A DNA stretch of 64,000 nt from the human T2T-CHM13v2.0 reference genome, Homo sapiens, in the NCBI RefSeq assembly GCF_009914755.1, contig NC_060932.1. One strand, written 5' to 3'. Below, one piece after another: positions 18,219-31,315 of this stretch (the stretch's first letter is position 1; each line of letters begins with the position of its first letter). The notes below the pieces were generated by a model that was not told the origin of the DNA, did not search any database, and was given only the letters and a program-made list of their open reading frames with translations. The translations under genes were made by a program, and so were the position numbers.

Positions 18219-19845
18219 ATGGCTTCTTTCATGAGTGTGGTCTCTGTAAAGTTCAGTTTCATCTCAGCCCCTTCTAATGGCGAGGGTCCAGCTATGCTTC
18301 TCTTTGGTTTGTTGACAGTGGTTCACGTTCCTAAGCATCTTTCTGGATGGGTCATCTCCATTTGTGTCCTTTTGCGCATCTTGTTGGCTTCTGCTCCTTT
18401 TCTACGCTGTGCTCCTTCCTGTGGAGCCACAGGAACTGCTGAAGTTCCCTCCCACACCTTTGAAGGCTACAAGGATTTGGGATGAGGTGAAGGGCCGCCC
18501 TCGTATTCTTTCCGGTCTTATGAACTTCACTGTTATAACGTCTCCAACCCTCCCAGCTTCAGAAATCTCTAGATAAAAAGCAGGCTTTGTGCTCTATGTT
18601 GGGTGTGCCTGCAAATGCTAGAGATCTTATAGGAAGTGCTCCCCCAAATTTATCATGCTTTGCTTTGCTCTGATGGAAGCATGAGGTGGTTCTACTGACT
18701 TCTCAGCTCAGCTGATGTCCACCTAGAGAATGAAAAATCACTTTCCCCTTCTGGAAGGCACCCCATCTTTACAGATAATTTCCCTGGGTCCTCTTCCCTT
18801 GCCTTGGGATGGAGAGGGTTGGAAGTGGGGAGGAGAATCTTTCCTCAGGATTCAGAAATGTCAGGGCGTGTTTGAAGGTGTCTGTCTCATTGAGGAACTG
18901 AAGAAACTCATCAGAAATAAATCATCTGAAGGAGAAGAGATTCAAAGAGGCCCCAGGCCATTGGTCAAATGGTGCCCTAGGCACCAAAAAGAAACGAAGA
19001 TTTTGAGTATAGCAGGGTTTCTCTCTTGTCCCTCCCCCAACCCCTAAAGGATTTGTGTCTCCATCTGTGGGTGGGGGTCGGGAGAGCTATTTGAATAAAA
19101 AAAGAAAGAAGAGCTGTTTTTACACAAACTCTCTTTGAAACGCTGGGAGTACAAAGCAGCATTGTTTTGAGAGGCATACAACAGAAAAACACAAAATGGG
19201 GAGAGAGAGGTCCTCTGCACCTGGGCACAGAGTGCAGTGATTTGAATGTCAGGGGCTTTGGCACTTTGGTGTTTCCTGCACATCAGTGGCGCACCAGTTC
19301 CAGTGACAGCTGCCAACACAGCTGATTTATTCTGTAGTGGCAAGAGGAAAAGGGAGGGGAGAGGAGGTGAGGGGAGAGGAGAAGAAGGTCTTGCCAGTGG
19401 CAAGGAGTGGGGCTGAAAAATTTGGAAGCAGTGGGAAATGGTACCCTTGGCCTGGATACCAGCACCCTTTCTCTCAGGTTGGAGCCGAAGTAGCATCCAG
19501 TGTCAGCTATATTGATGTTCTGGCACGATACAATGGCTTAGGTTTACCCCGCCAGCGTGGGTGCCTGGCCAGTGGGTCACCCACCAAGGGACCATCTCAT
19601 GGCTGAATGGAGGCTCACACTCACACCTCACAGGCAGACAGCACCAGTGCTGCCAGGGCAGAGATGTGGGAAATGACCATGAGTTGTGCTTGACAACTCG
19701 AAGACCCAGAAATAATTGTAGGGAGGAGGAACTTTTCAGGAATCAGAGTGTAGTTGGGTTAAGGGGTCCCATTTACAGATAATGGTGGTCCCCTCAGCAC
19801 ATGATGAGAATGGGTATTTAGCTTATCTATATGTTCATATATCTA

Positions 19846-20702
19846 TGTCAGAGGTATTTGAACCAGAGCAACTCCATCTCGAATAGGAGCTGGGCAAAAT
19901 GAGGCTGAGACCTCCTGGGCTGCATTCACAGATGGTTAAGGCATTCTAAGTCACAGGATGAGACAGGAGGTTGGCACAAGCTACAGGCCATAAAGACCTT
20001 ACTGCTAAAACAGGTTGCAGTAAGGAAGCTGGCCAAAACCCATCAAAACCAAGATGGTGACCACAGTGACCTCTGGTCATCCTCACTGCAACACTCCCAC
20101 CAGGGCCATGACAGTTTACAAATGCCATGGCAATGTCAGGAAGCTAACCTATATGGTCTAAAAAGGGAGACATAAATAGTCCACCGCTTGTTTAGCATAA
20201 AAATCAAGAAATAACCACAAAAATGGGCAATCAGCAGCCCTGGGGGCTGTTCTATGGAGTAGCCATTTTTCAATCCTTTACTTTCTTTCTTTTCTTTGAG
20301 ATGGAGTCTTGCTCTGTTGCCCAGGCTGGAGTGCAGTGGTGTGATCTTGGCTCACAGCAACCTCTGCCTCCTGGGTTCAAGCGATTCTACTACCTTAGCC
20401 TCCTGAGTAGCTGCGACTACGGGCACATACAACCACGCCCGGCTAATTTTAGTATTTTCAGTAGAGATGGGGTTTCATCATGTTGGCCAGGCTGGTCTGG
20501 ATCTCCTGACCTCATGATCCACCCGCCTCAGCCTCCCAAAGTGCTGGGATTACAGGTGTGAGCCACTGCACCCAGCCTCATTCCTTTACTTTCTTAGTAA
20601 ACTTGCTTTCACTTTACTCTACGGACTTGTCTTGAGTTCTTTCTTGCACGAGATCAAAGAACCCTCTCTTGGGGTCTGGATCAGGACCCCTTTCTGGTAA
20701 TA
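19846..20702 (+). mobile_element. ERV1 solo LTR MER41A-like, interrupted by an Alu
   Basis: Starts TGTCAGAGGTATTTGAACCAGAGCAACTCCATC and ends CTTTCTGGTAATA. TSD TCTA (19842-19845 / 20703-20706). Confidence 0.9.
20287..20577 (-). mobile_element. AluS inside MER41
   Basis: TSD TCA(A/T)TCCTTTACTTTCT. Confidence 0.92.
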
Positions 20703-21277
20703 TCTATGCTTAAAATTTACAGAAGAGGAGAGAGGATGAGATAGATGGCGACAATTTCTGAAAGGAGACACCCTAGAGATTTGTACACATAAATAGTCCA
20801 ATAGGCAATGGAGTCATATGGTGACAACTCTTGGTAGAAATTCAACTTCAACATCTAAACATTTTCTATGGTTGTAACAACTACTCCTGGATGAAATCAT
20901 TGGCAACTTTTCTGTAACACATACTTTCTTAAGGCCTCAAGTCAACAGACAAACCCGTTTTTCACCCGGCTTTGTGCATTTGACTTGGTAAACTTTAACA
21001 ATGAAAGCAGTGCAATAAAACCAGGATTCCTAGCTTTGTAATATCCTCTTAATTGCTATGGGGAATACCTGCAAGAACTTCATGTTCTCAGCTTGGAGTT
21101 TATTTTGGCTCACAGCGATCCACTCAGTAGTAAATACAAGAGATTTGCATTAAAAAAATACTGGAGAATTTTGTAAATGCCATTACGTAGTATCTGAGGA
21201 ATTTGGGAGAAATGATATGGAGTCAGTACCGAGTAAGGAGGAGGAATCTGCTTCGTGACAGCAGTGACAAAAATGCT

Positions 21278-21548
21278 TATTTATTAGGAGATGGAGTCTC
21301 TGTGCCCAGGCTGGAATGCAGTGGTGTAATTATAACTCACAGCAGCCTGAAATTCCTGGACTCAAGTGATCCTCCCACCTCAGCCTCCCGAGTAGCTAGG
21401 ACTGCCATGCTTGGCTAATTAAAAAAACTTTAGAGATGGGGTCTCACTATATTGCCTGGGGTAGTCCTAAACTCCTGGCCTAGAACGATCCTCCTGCCTC
21501 AGCTTCCCAAAATGTTGGGATTATAGGTGTGAGCCACCATGCTGGGCT
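21278..21548 (-). mobile_element. AluJ
   Basis: Reverse Alu with J diagnostics; AAAATGC on both flanks. Confidence 0.88.
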
Positions 21549-21823
21549 GAAAATGCAAATTTAAAGTAGCTTAAGGCTGGGCACAGTGGCTCACGCCTGT
21601 AATCCCAGCACTTTGGGAGGCTGAGGTGGGTGGATCACCTGAGGTCAGAAGTTAGAGACTGGCCAGGAGAACATGGCAAAACCCCATCTCTACTAAAAAA
21701 AAAAAAAATACAAAGATTAGCTGGCCTGGTGGTGCACGCCTGTAGTCCTAGCTGCTTGGAAAGCTGAAGCAAGAGAATCGCTCGAACCTGGGAGGTGGAG
21801 ATTGCAGTGAGTTGAGATCACGC

Positions 21824-23343
21824 TGTGTCCGGAATTGGTGGGTTCTTGGTCTCACTGACTTCAAGAATGAAGCCGCGAACCCTCGCGGTGAGTGTTACAG
21901 TTCTTAAAGGCAGTGTGTCCGGAGTTTGTTCCTTCTGATGTTTGGATGTGTTCGGAGTTTCTTCCTTCTGGTGGGCTTGTGGTCTCGCTGGCTTCAGGAG
22001 TGAAGCTGCAGACCTTCATAGTGAGTGTTACAGCTCTTAAGGCGGCGCGTCTGGCGTTGTTCCTTTCTCCCATCCGGAGTTGTTCATTCCTCCCGGTGGG
22101 TTCGTGGTCTTGCTAGCCTCAGAAGTTAAGCTGCAGACCTTCGCGGTGAGTGTTACAGCTCATAAAAGCAGAGCAAACCCAAGAAGTGAGCAACAGCAAG
22201 ATTTACTGCAAAGAGCTAAAGAACAAAGCTCCCACAACATGGAAGGAAACCCAACCAGGTTGCCACTGCTGGCTTGGGCAGCCTGCTTTTATTCCTTTAT
22301 CTGGCCCCATCCACATCCTGCTGATTGGTCCATTTTACAGAGAGCTGATTGGTCCATTTTGACAGGGTGCTTATTGATGTGTTTACAATTCCTGAGCTAG
22401 ACACAGAGTGCTAATTGGTGCATTTACAATTCTTTAGCTAGACATAAAAGTTCTCCAAGTCCTCACCAGATTAACTAGACACAGAGCACTGATTGGTGTG
22501 TTTACAAACCTTGAGCTAGACACAGGGTGCTGATTGGTGTGTTTACAATCCTTTAGCTAGACCTAAAGGTTCTCTAAGTCCCCACCAGATTAGCTAGATA
22601 CAGAGTGCTGATTGGTGTGTTTACAAACCTTGAGCTAGACACAGAGTGCTGATTGATGTATTTACAATCCCTTAGCTAGATATAAAGTTTCTCCAAGTCA
22701 CCACTAGACTCAGGAGCCCAGCCGGCTTCACCTAGTGGATCCCGCACAGGGGCCGGAGGCGGAGCTGCCTGCCAGTCCCGTGCCATGCGCCCGCACCCTT
22801 CATCCCTTGGGCGGCCGATGGGACCGGGCGCTGTGGAGCAGGGGGTGGCCCTCATCGGGGAGGCTCGGGCTGCACAGGAGCCCATGGTGGAGGGGAGGCT
22901 CAGGCATGGCGGGCTACAGGTCCCAAGCCCTGCCCTGCGGGGAGGCAGCTGAGGCCCGGTGAGAATTCGAGTGCAGTGCTGGCAAGCCGGCACTGCTGGG
23001 GGACCTGGCATACCCTCCACAGCTGCTGGCCCGGGTGATAAGCCCCTCACTGCCCGGGGCCAGCGGCTCCGAGTGCGGGGCCCGCGGAGCCCACGCCCAC
23101 CCAGAACTTGCAGTGGCCCGTGAGCGCTGTGCGCAGCCCTGGTTCCTGCCCGCGCCTCTCTCTCCACACCTCCCTGCAAGCAGAGGGAGTCGGCTCCGGC
23201 CTCAGCCAGCCCAGAGAGGGGCTCCCACAGTGCAGCGGCGGGCTGAAGGGCTCCTCAAGTGCAGCCAGAGTGGGCACCGAGGCCGAGGAGGCACTGAGAA
23301 CAAGCGAGGGCTGTGAGGGCTGCCAGCACGCTGTCACCTCTCA
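21824..23343 (-). mobile_element. Complete ERV9 solo LTR (LTR12C/D/E class)
   Basis: The reverse strand runs from TGAGAGGTGACAGCGTGCTGGCAG to CCAATTCCGGACACA. GC/CpG-rich 5' U3, tandem CCAAT repeats and repeated U5 units. TSD ACGC/ATGC. Confidence 0.95.
22260..22690 (-). promoter_or_regulatory. LTR12 U3 enhancer/promoter: tandem NF-Y (CCAAT) boxes and an AATAAA TATA-like box
   Basis: Intact ATTGG at 22324, 22348, 22414, 22492, 22533 and 22611, plus two degenerate copies (22373, 22652). CTTTTATTC at about 22286 reads GAATAAAAG on the minus strand. Confidence 0.75.
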
Positions 23344-24041
23344 ATGCCACTGTGTTCCAGCCTGGGTGACAGAGTGAGACACTGTCTCAAAATAAATAAA
23401 TAAATATAAAAAATAAAGTAGCTTAGAATTCTGAGAGGCAGGATGGTGACACTTAGACATATGCCAAAAACCTTCTTCATGTTTACAATTTCTTCAGCTA
23501 TACTGAGAAAAACACAGTAGATTTTTTAAAATAAAGTTTAAATAGAAGTAAATGAAATACAAAGTACTGGTTTTGAATCATTCTGAGAAAAAACTTTGGA
23601 TTTGTCCATTGGTATGTGCTTAAGAAGATGGCAGAGGGGGGAAAAACCCAGATTTAAAGATTAACTTCAAATCTGAAGTGCCTAATTTGGCATTACAAAA
23701 AAGTAAATTAAAAGTTTATTTGGGAGATAAAATTTGAATTAAGAAAGATATTTTATTTAAAAAGTACATTTTTCTATACCTTTCCCTGCTTAATGAGGGT
23801 CTTAGAAATACCTTAGACAAGCCCACACTGATGTTGTTCATGATGTTCCTTCGAAGTCATTTATTTCTCTGGTTGTCTAAGTGCAGTGTCTGCTCCTCTC
23901 TCCTGTGGTTTGCTTCCTCTTGCCACACCAGCAACACATTGGCTTTTGCTCTATCTCAGCTCTACTTTCTCTCCGCTGCAATTCATTGTTTTCCACGTTG
24001 AGACATGAATCTCCATCCTCAGGAACAATTCATGACACTCC

Positions 24042-24479
24042 TGTCAAGAGTCAAAATTACAACAAATTTTGTTAAATGATCAAATTGGCTTTTATTTCTG
24101 ATTCATGAATGAGGGTGGCATCTCCTTGAAACATTTAGGAAAGGCGCCCCGAGTTGCTGAGCAGAGGAGTTTGGCTTTTTAGGCAGGAAAAGGCTGAAGA
24201 AAGCAGGAACAGGGAACAAAAAGTGGATCAGTTAGTATTAGGCTACTTAGGTTACTCACCCTGTAAGGGTTACAGCCGAGGGGACTTCCTTATCCTGCCA
24301 GCTAAAACTGGCCTGTGTGGGGAGTTGGCTATATCTTGCCCTCTTGATTTCTCAAAAGGTCAGATAAATAACTTCGAACTTGGAACTTTAGCATGAGTGA
24401 CTCCATTTTGGTTTGGTCTGTTGGGGCCTACTGCTGGAGCTCAGTCCAAATCAAGGGACTTCTATAAATTTGTTTAACT
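24042..24479 (-). mobile_element. ERV1 solo LTR, MER31-like
   Basis: The reverse strand has TTTGGACTGAGCTCC..GGCCCCAACAGACCAAACCAAAATGGAGTCACTCATGCTAAAG. TSD CTCC (24038-24041 / 24480-24483). Confidence 0.8.
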
Positions 24480-24725
24480 CTCCTCTGCTTGTAAATCTAG
24501 AGTAGCTCCTTCTGTCCACTGAAGGCGATCCAAACTCCTTGATCAAAAATAAGGTCCCCTAAGGTCCCTTTAAGAATTTAAAGTCCCATAAGTTCCCCTT
24601 TCAACTCATCTCCCACTAGTCCCCTTCGCACATGCTAGCTCTGGCCCAACCCAACTATTATCAATGCTATGTTGGCTTGAAACATTACCTGATTGTTGAC
24701 AGGTAGAAGAAAATCCCACTTCTGA

Positions 24726-25035
<310 letters not shown>

Positions 25036-25643
25036 TAGCACTTTCCTCATGCCCCTCTGTTATGGCACCTACAACATTTTATGTTGTTTTTAAATTTACA
25101 AAAAATGGGTTTTATCTCTTCTAATAGACAGTATGCCAAGGGTGTCTATACCTGTGGCTGTCATCTTTGTATCCGTCTCATTCATGTCTTGTCCGGTGTT
25201 GCTTCTGAATACATATTTTATTTAAGTCAGTTAATTCTGCTAGGTTCAATCGGGAATATTTGATCAAGTTGAGTTCACTGCGTCAACTCTTTGATGGAAT
25301 TAAACCTAGGCTTGGTCTTCAACTAATTTATTGTTCAGATCTTTTACAAATCAGGCCAAATGTGGGACCAGACTTGATAGCTCTTAGGACATCCTTGAAA
25401 GGACGGGACTCCCTCAGGTTTTACTTGTCTAAGCTCAAATTCAGAAAGTAGCCTCAATGACTCGAGTCAGTCTGTGCTCTCAGGTGAGCGCCCCTTTTGA
25501 TTCAGCAAATCCTTTCTGATAGTAATGCCTTTTGCATGCATGACTACTGTGTTTGGAGTATTTCTTTTATGTGACTTTGCCACCCTGTTAGTCCAGGACT
25601 GGGACCAAAGAGGCAGGAGTGGGTACAGTAGCACATGTAGTAT

Positions 25644-26289
25644 TGAAGTGGCCTCATTCATCTAGGGTAATACCCAAGGTTCGTTGTCTCATGTCAAGGA
25701 AATTAAGGACATGGGCACATGTGGAGTGAGGTTAAGAGCGGAGGTTTAATAGGCAGAAGAAAGAGAAAAGAGGATAGCTCTCCCTCCTGCAGAAAGAGAG
25801 GGACACCCCAGTGGGTCTTCTGTTTCTGTGGTGAAATGCACAGGGTTTTATTGATGAGCTTGAGTAGGCAGTGTCTGATTTACATAGGGCCCAAAGATTG
25901 TTTGGACCAGGTGTGACATTAACATAGTGCAGGAAGAAGCTGGCCATTTCACCCTAATCTTTCATTATGCAAATGGATTTTCTACTTGGCCAGCTCCATG
26001 TTGTCTGATCCTTACTGTACACATGGTTGACAAAGAAAAGGGAAGATGGATGCTCCATTTTGAACATGCCTAGCCCCCAGATAGCCTCTTCCTATTGACA
26101 CAGCTACCAGCATTCCCCTGTGCAAGCTTTGGAAAGCTTGCTTATCTATGTTTGCAGCTCAATTTTACAGGCTGCTTTTGTTAGAAAAGAAATGATTTGG
26201 GGGCTGGTTTTCGTTAAAAGGGAAACCTTACTGAGGACTTCGTTACCCTCACTATCTGCCTAAATAATTTCTTTTGAACTTTTATTTCA
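25644..26289 (-). mobile_element. ERV1 solo LTR, LTR9 family
   Basis: The reverse strand has AAGAAATTATTTAGGCAGATAGTGAGGGTAA..GTCCTCAGTAAGGTTTCCC. TSD GTAT (25640-25643 / 26290-26293). Confidence 0.88.
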
Positions 26290-26499
26290 GTATTATGGCC
26301 GATCAGATCTCTCAGATGAAAGTAAAAGGGATGGGAGACAAGCCCCAAACAGTGAGGCCTAAGTCACTCTTCAAGTGGGCAGGTGGGGTCACCCTCTGCT
26401 GTGACTGATGTGCAGGAAGCCTCTGGGTGGGTGCTGGGCTCAAAGCTCCTCTTGCAATTCTTTTAGATTGGTCACCATCTTAATCATTTCCAGGTTATG

Positions 26500-26640
26500 C
26501 TGGTTCAGTCAATGATCAGATATTTATTGAGCATGTACTTGAGGCAAGGCATCAAACTAGATATTGTAGAGAAACAAAAAGAAGTTTCAGTCACAGGCTC
26601 TGCCCTTTAGATATTTGTAATCTCTTTGGGAGAGATGTTT
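26500..26640 (-). mobile_element. L2 3'-end relic
   Basis: CAGATATTTATTGAGCATGTACTTGAGGCAAGGCA. Confidence 0.6.
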
Positions 26641-27317
26641 CAGGTTGAAATAGGCATGGGAAATGTCAATTATATAAAACAACATTGAGCATATAATATA
26701 ATCATGAAGAACAGCCTTGCTACAAAATATTGGTAGTTCAGAGGATTAAATTAACACACACTAAGAGATGCCATGTACATTGATTTAAGCCACTTCTCTT
26801 CAAAATATGCCTCAATTCTCAGAAGTTTCTAAGCTTCTCTGAAGAACTCAGTGAAAAATCATACTGCAAGTCAAAATTTCTTTGATGCTAACTCATACTC
26901 TGATATCTTTAATCATCTAGCTTATTTAGGGGCTCTTTTCTAGGAATAAATGAAATTGTATATAATGAAATCTAAAGCATAAGAAATAGTGATCACTGGA
27001 AAACTTCTAAATTGTCTTATTTGGGTAAAAGTGTAAGACATAAAATACCAAAAATATTTTAGTGTCAAGATGAACAGACACCCAACACCCATTTCTCCAT
27101 ATTGCAAATTAAACCTGGAGCATTTACTTGCTTCGGGCCAGAAAAAGGTCCATGAATGAATATAAATAGATGCCTGAACCAAAAGATACTACTTACCTGG
27201 CAAGAATGTCCAAGGCACCCAGTTGAACACTGAGATTAGAAAGGTCCTTTGAATTTAAAATGACTGGTACTTAACAAAGGAATCATAAAATCTAAAAAAA
27301 AAAAAAAAAAAGCTATC

Positions 27318-27613
<296 letters not shown>

Positions 27614-29147
27614 TTATTTATGTATCTTAATCAACAAAATGACTGGTACTTAACAAAGGAATCAGAAAATCTAAAAAAAAAAAAACTATAACTTATGTAT
27701 CTTAATCAAACCAGGAAGCAGCCACAGCAGCCTGAGTTCTGAACTTCAAGGCCCAGGAGTGACTGCAAGTGACACCTTCTCATATCCCAAATCACTCTGT
27801 CTGCAATAATTATACTAATATTATCTACTTCATGGGAGCATTGAGAACTGAGAGGTGGTGGGACAGAGGAAGTGTTCTAATTATTAGTAAGTCCAATTCC
27901 TACATATTTAAAAGGGACCATAAATGTTTAACTATATGAAGGGAATTTGCAGATGTTTGTCTTTCAGTTGTGGAATCCCAGTTATGGGTGGTCTTTCACT
28001 CTGCTGTACATATTTGGTCCATTTCCCTCAGTGCAATTTGGAACAGAGAGCCTTCACTGAGTGCTGCTGTCTTTCTCCTGGAGATGGCTGTCCTGGCATC
28101 TGTCCTTCCAGTTCTCCTCGACCCCCTGCACCCCACCCCTAATACACACACACACGAACTTCACTTTCTTTGCCTCCCTCCCTGGCTCTTTTTTCTCCTT
28201 CCTCCTTTAGGCGAGTGATCAAGGAGAAAGGAATTCCCTAGTTTCTTGCCCTGAGCTTCTCCAAACCCCGTCTGTGCTCTTGATCTGTCCCATCCTGGGA
28301 TCTCCACCTACTATTACCCTTACCATGAGCCCTTCAAACAGCCAACCTGTCAACTCAGCTTCGCCTTGCCTCCCAACTACACTAAGCCTAGACTCCTTTG
28401 GGCGCATTTGAAAAATGCAGTATTTTAGTGGGCATTTTTATTTAAAAAAATAGGATGAGGTTTTAAAAAATTCTTTAATTTATAGAGTCTAGATTTTGAT
28501 CCCAACTTATTCACAGGTTTTCTTGGTCAGCAGTTTCTGGGTACCTCTTCCTGGATCCCTTTCCTTTGTGCAACCCAGGTCAGAATGACTGCTAATCTTA
28601 GCTACCTGGCCTTTCATCCCCTGTGAATTCAGGATGACCCTGCTGCTGGGTCCAGGGTGTTTTAACTATTATTGATCTTGTTTATATATATATATAATAT
28701 GTTTAGTTACTTAGTTTAACCCTCTGGTCTATGGCTCTCAAGAGCTCTATGAGCTCTTGTATTAAAAACAAAACAAACAACAACAACCCAACACATTTCT
28801 TGATCACCTATTTTGAGTCAGGCAATGTGCCATATGATATGGAGAATACAAAGAAAAGCAAGTGTCTGGGTGGAGTAGTTCAGAGCTTATGAGAAAGAGG
28901 GACAATACCCATATAATTGCAGTAGAATGGGGCCAAAACTTTGGTAGACATTGGAATTTTTTTGAGTACCCAACACCCAGGCCTCCTTTCTATTCTTGAG
29001 GAGCTGGCAGAGATTGCTGATTTGTGCTAGGCCGGGCTTTCTTTCACTTCGTACAAACTGTAGGAATATGTTCTTTCGTATCTCCAGCAATAAACATACC
29101 AGGATGTGACCATGCTCAGCTAATTTCATGCTCTTTCCAAGGATTTT

Positions 29148-29450
29148 TATTTATTTATTTATTTTTTGAGACAGAGTTTCACTCTGTCACCCAGGCTGGA
29201 GTGCAGTGGTGCTGTCTCAGCTCACTGCAACCTCCGCCTCCTGGGTTTAAGCAATTCTCATGCCTTAGCCTCCTGAGTAGCTAAGATTACAGGCGTGTAC
29301 CACCATGCCCGGCTAGTTTTTTATATTTTTAGTAGAGATGCGGTTTCGCCCTGTTGCCCAGGCTGGTCTCAAACTCCTGAGCTCAGGCAATCTGCCCACC
29401 TCGTCCTCCCAAAGTGTTAAGATTACAGGCACGAACCACCGCACCTGGCT
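29148..29450 (-). mobile_element. AluS
   Basis: TSD CCAAGGATTTT. Confidence 0.92.
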
Positions 29451-29507
29451 CTGCCAAGGATTTTGAATCCAGATGGGGAGAAATAAAGATACAGGGACTA
29501 CTATTGA

Positions 29508-29820
<313 letters not shown>

Positions 29821-30008
29821 GAGAAATGTTTTAAAGATTGTGGCCCCGGCACTGAGTCCAGAAACTACATTTGGTTTCTGTGCATTTACCAATGTACTCT
29901 GGACTTCCAGGCACTCCGTGTCTTCCAATATATTTATTTTCTTCTTAAATTATTCAGAGGTATGTGTGTGCGTTGTTTTTCTTGCTTGAAATCAAGAACT
30001 TTGATACA

Positions 30009-30720
30009 GAAATTAATAATGGGGAGTGCAATCCAGACAATAGATCCTTAGGGATGGGAAAAACTAAAATTGGGAGGGGGTCCATGAAATTTGCATTAGT
30101 ATTGGTTATGGGATTCTGGCAACCATGACATGAAGTGGTGAACACTAATTCAATGACTGCCCATGGTCACTTGTAATGAAGCACTCATTGAAGGCAAGAT
30201 GTCAGGGACCACTTTACTGCTGACACAGAATTGTATGAAGAAATGAAAGAGTAGTATGAGAAATTTTTAAGTTAATAATAGTATGAGAAATCATAGAGTA
30301 GTGGGTAAGGTGGATTCTTTTAATGGCACTAGAAAATCTGAAGAAAGAAAATGATAGGCCCAAATATATCAATTCAGCCTTTGGCTGTTTCCTAAGTCTT
30401 GGGGGAAGAGGACTTACTTTTGTCCCTGCAACTCCCTTGCTATGTGAAGCCAGTTCTTCTCAGGTCTTAGCCATCTGCCACCTTCACCCACTCAACCTAA
30501 CTTATCAGTAAAATAGCTGCCAGCTTTGAGTGGGGCTCAGGACAAGAAGATGCTCTCTGGCCGGTATAATCAGAAGCACAGACAACTAGAATGGTGAGCA
30601 GAGCTCATGGCTCAGCACAGCCAGCGCTGTATCTTAGACAAAATCATGCCATTGATTAGTTAAGAATTTCTATTACAACACCTGAGATTCTACCAACACC
30701 ACAATATTTGTCTTTTGTGA
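30009..30720 (+). mobile_element. ERVL/MaLR internal-region relic (gag-like and pol-like pieces)
   Basis: GGCACTAGAAAATCTGAAGAAAGAAAATGATAGGC is gag-like (ALENLKKENDR). GCTGCCAGCTTTGAGTGGGGCTCAGGACAAGAAG resembles the ERVL pol AASFEWG motif. Confidence 0.5.
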
Positions 30721-31315
30721 ACCAGCTGAGCATCTGCCAAGCAACGTCAATATTATTTTTTCATTAGTAAATGCGTCCTAAACCTCCCCCAAATCATTTA
30801 CAAACACAGCTTTGAAACATAGGCTGTTTGTTCCTGACTGTGTGTGGGTGCATGCGTACACACACAAACATGCACGCAAATAGTTGCATGTGTAAACTCA
30901 TTGAGCTTTGCTTTTTACTTTGTATAAATATCTTTTAACTCAAGTGCACATGTCTACTTAGCATAGTGTAAGATGCATTGTAAGCCTTTAACCAGTAATT
31001 TTATTATCAATAATTTGCTGAATGAAAACATAGGCACTAATAATCTCCGATTCCTCAGATTCAAAATGGAACATATTTTATTTTCCTCATGGATTGAATT
31101 TCTTCCTAACTTGATTTGACTCCAAACTTGTCAAGAGTTTATATCACAGAAAAAAGTATCCCATGGTGAAGAAAAATGAAAACGTTTAAATTGTTGCGTC
31201 TCTCATAAACGTTATACTCTTTTGAAGGAATGCTTAACTAAAGGAAGATAACTGGCCACACTCACCTATGAAATGCCTTCTTTCTTGGGCTTATAGAGCT
31301 AAAATTTTATCTTTT

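Larger units (their letters stand above)
21575..23413 (+). mobile_element. AluS split by an LTR12 insertion (21575-21823 and 23344-23413)
   Basis: ...GAGATCACGC | LTR | ATGCCACTGTGTTCCAGCCTGGG... then an A tail. The Alu TSD is TAAAGTAGCTTA (21562-21573 / 23414-23425). Confidence 0.93.

Noticed and set aside
19044-19606. 150-aa and 89-aa ORFs in unique sequence
   Set aside because: No recognisable domain, low-complexity composition, and no convincing start or splice context.
22320-22690. CRISPR-like array of about 40-bp repeats
   Set aside because: These are the standard LTR12 U3 tandem enhancer repeats. There are no unique spacers or cas genes, and the context is eukaryotic.
22676-23377. 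Several overlapping GC-rich ORFs (up to 167 aa) and a CpG-island-like gene promoter
   Set aside because: They lie entirely within LTR12 U3, where high GC content suppresses stop codons.
27188-27215. U1 snRNA pseudogene
   Set aside because: The match is limited to 13 nt; downstream sequence does not continue as U1, and there is no TSD or A tail.
30248-30295. Short duplicates TAGTATGAGAAAT here and CCAGGTGTC near 36190-36215
   Set aside because: Ordinary micro-duplications, too short to imply function.
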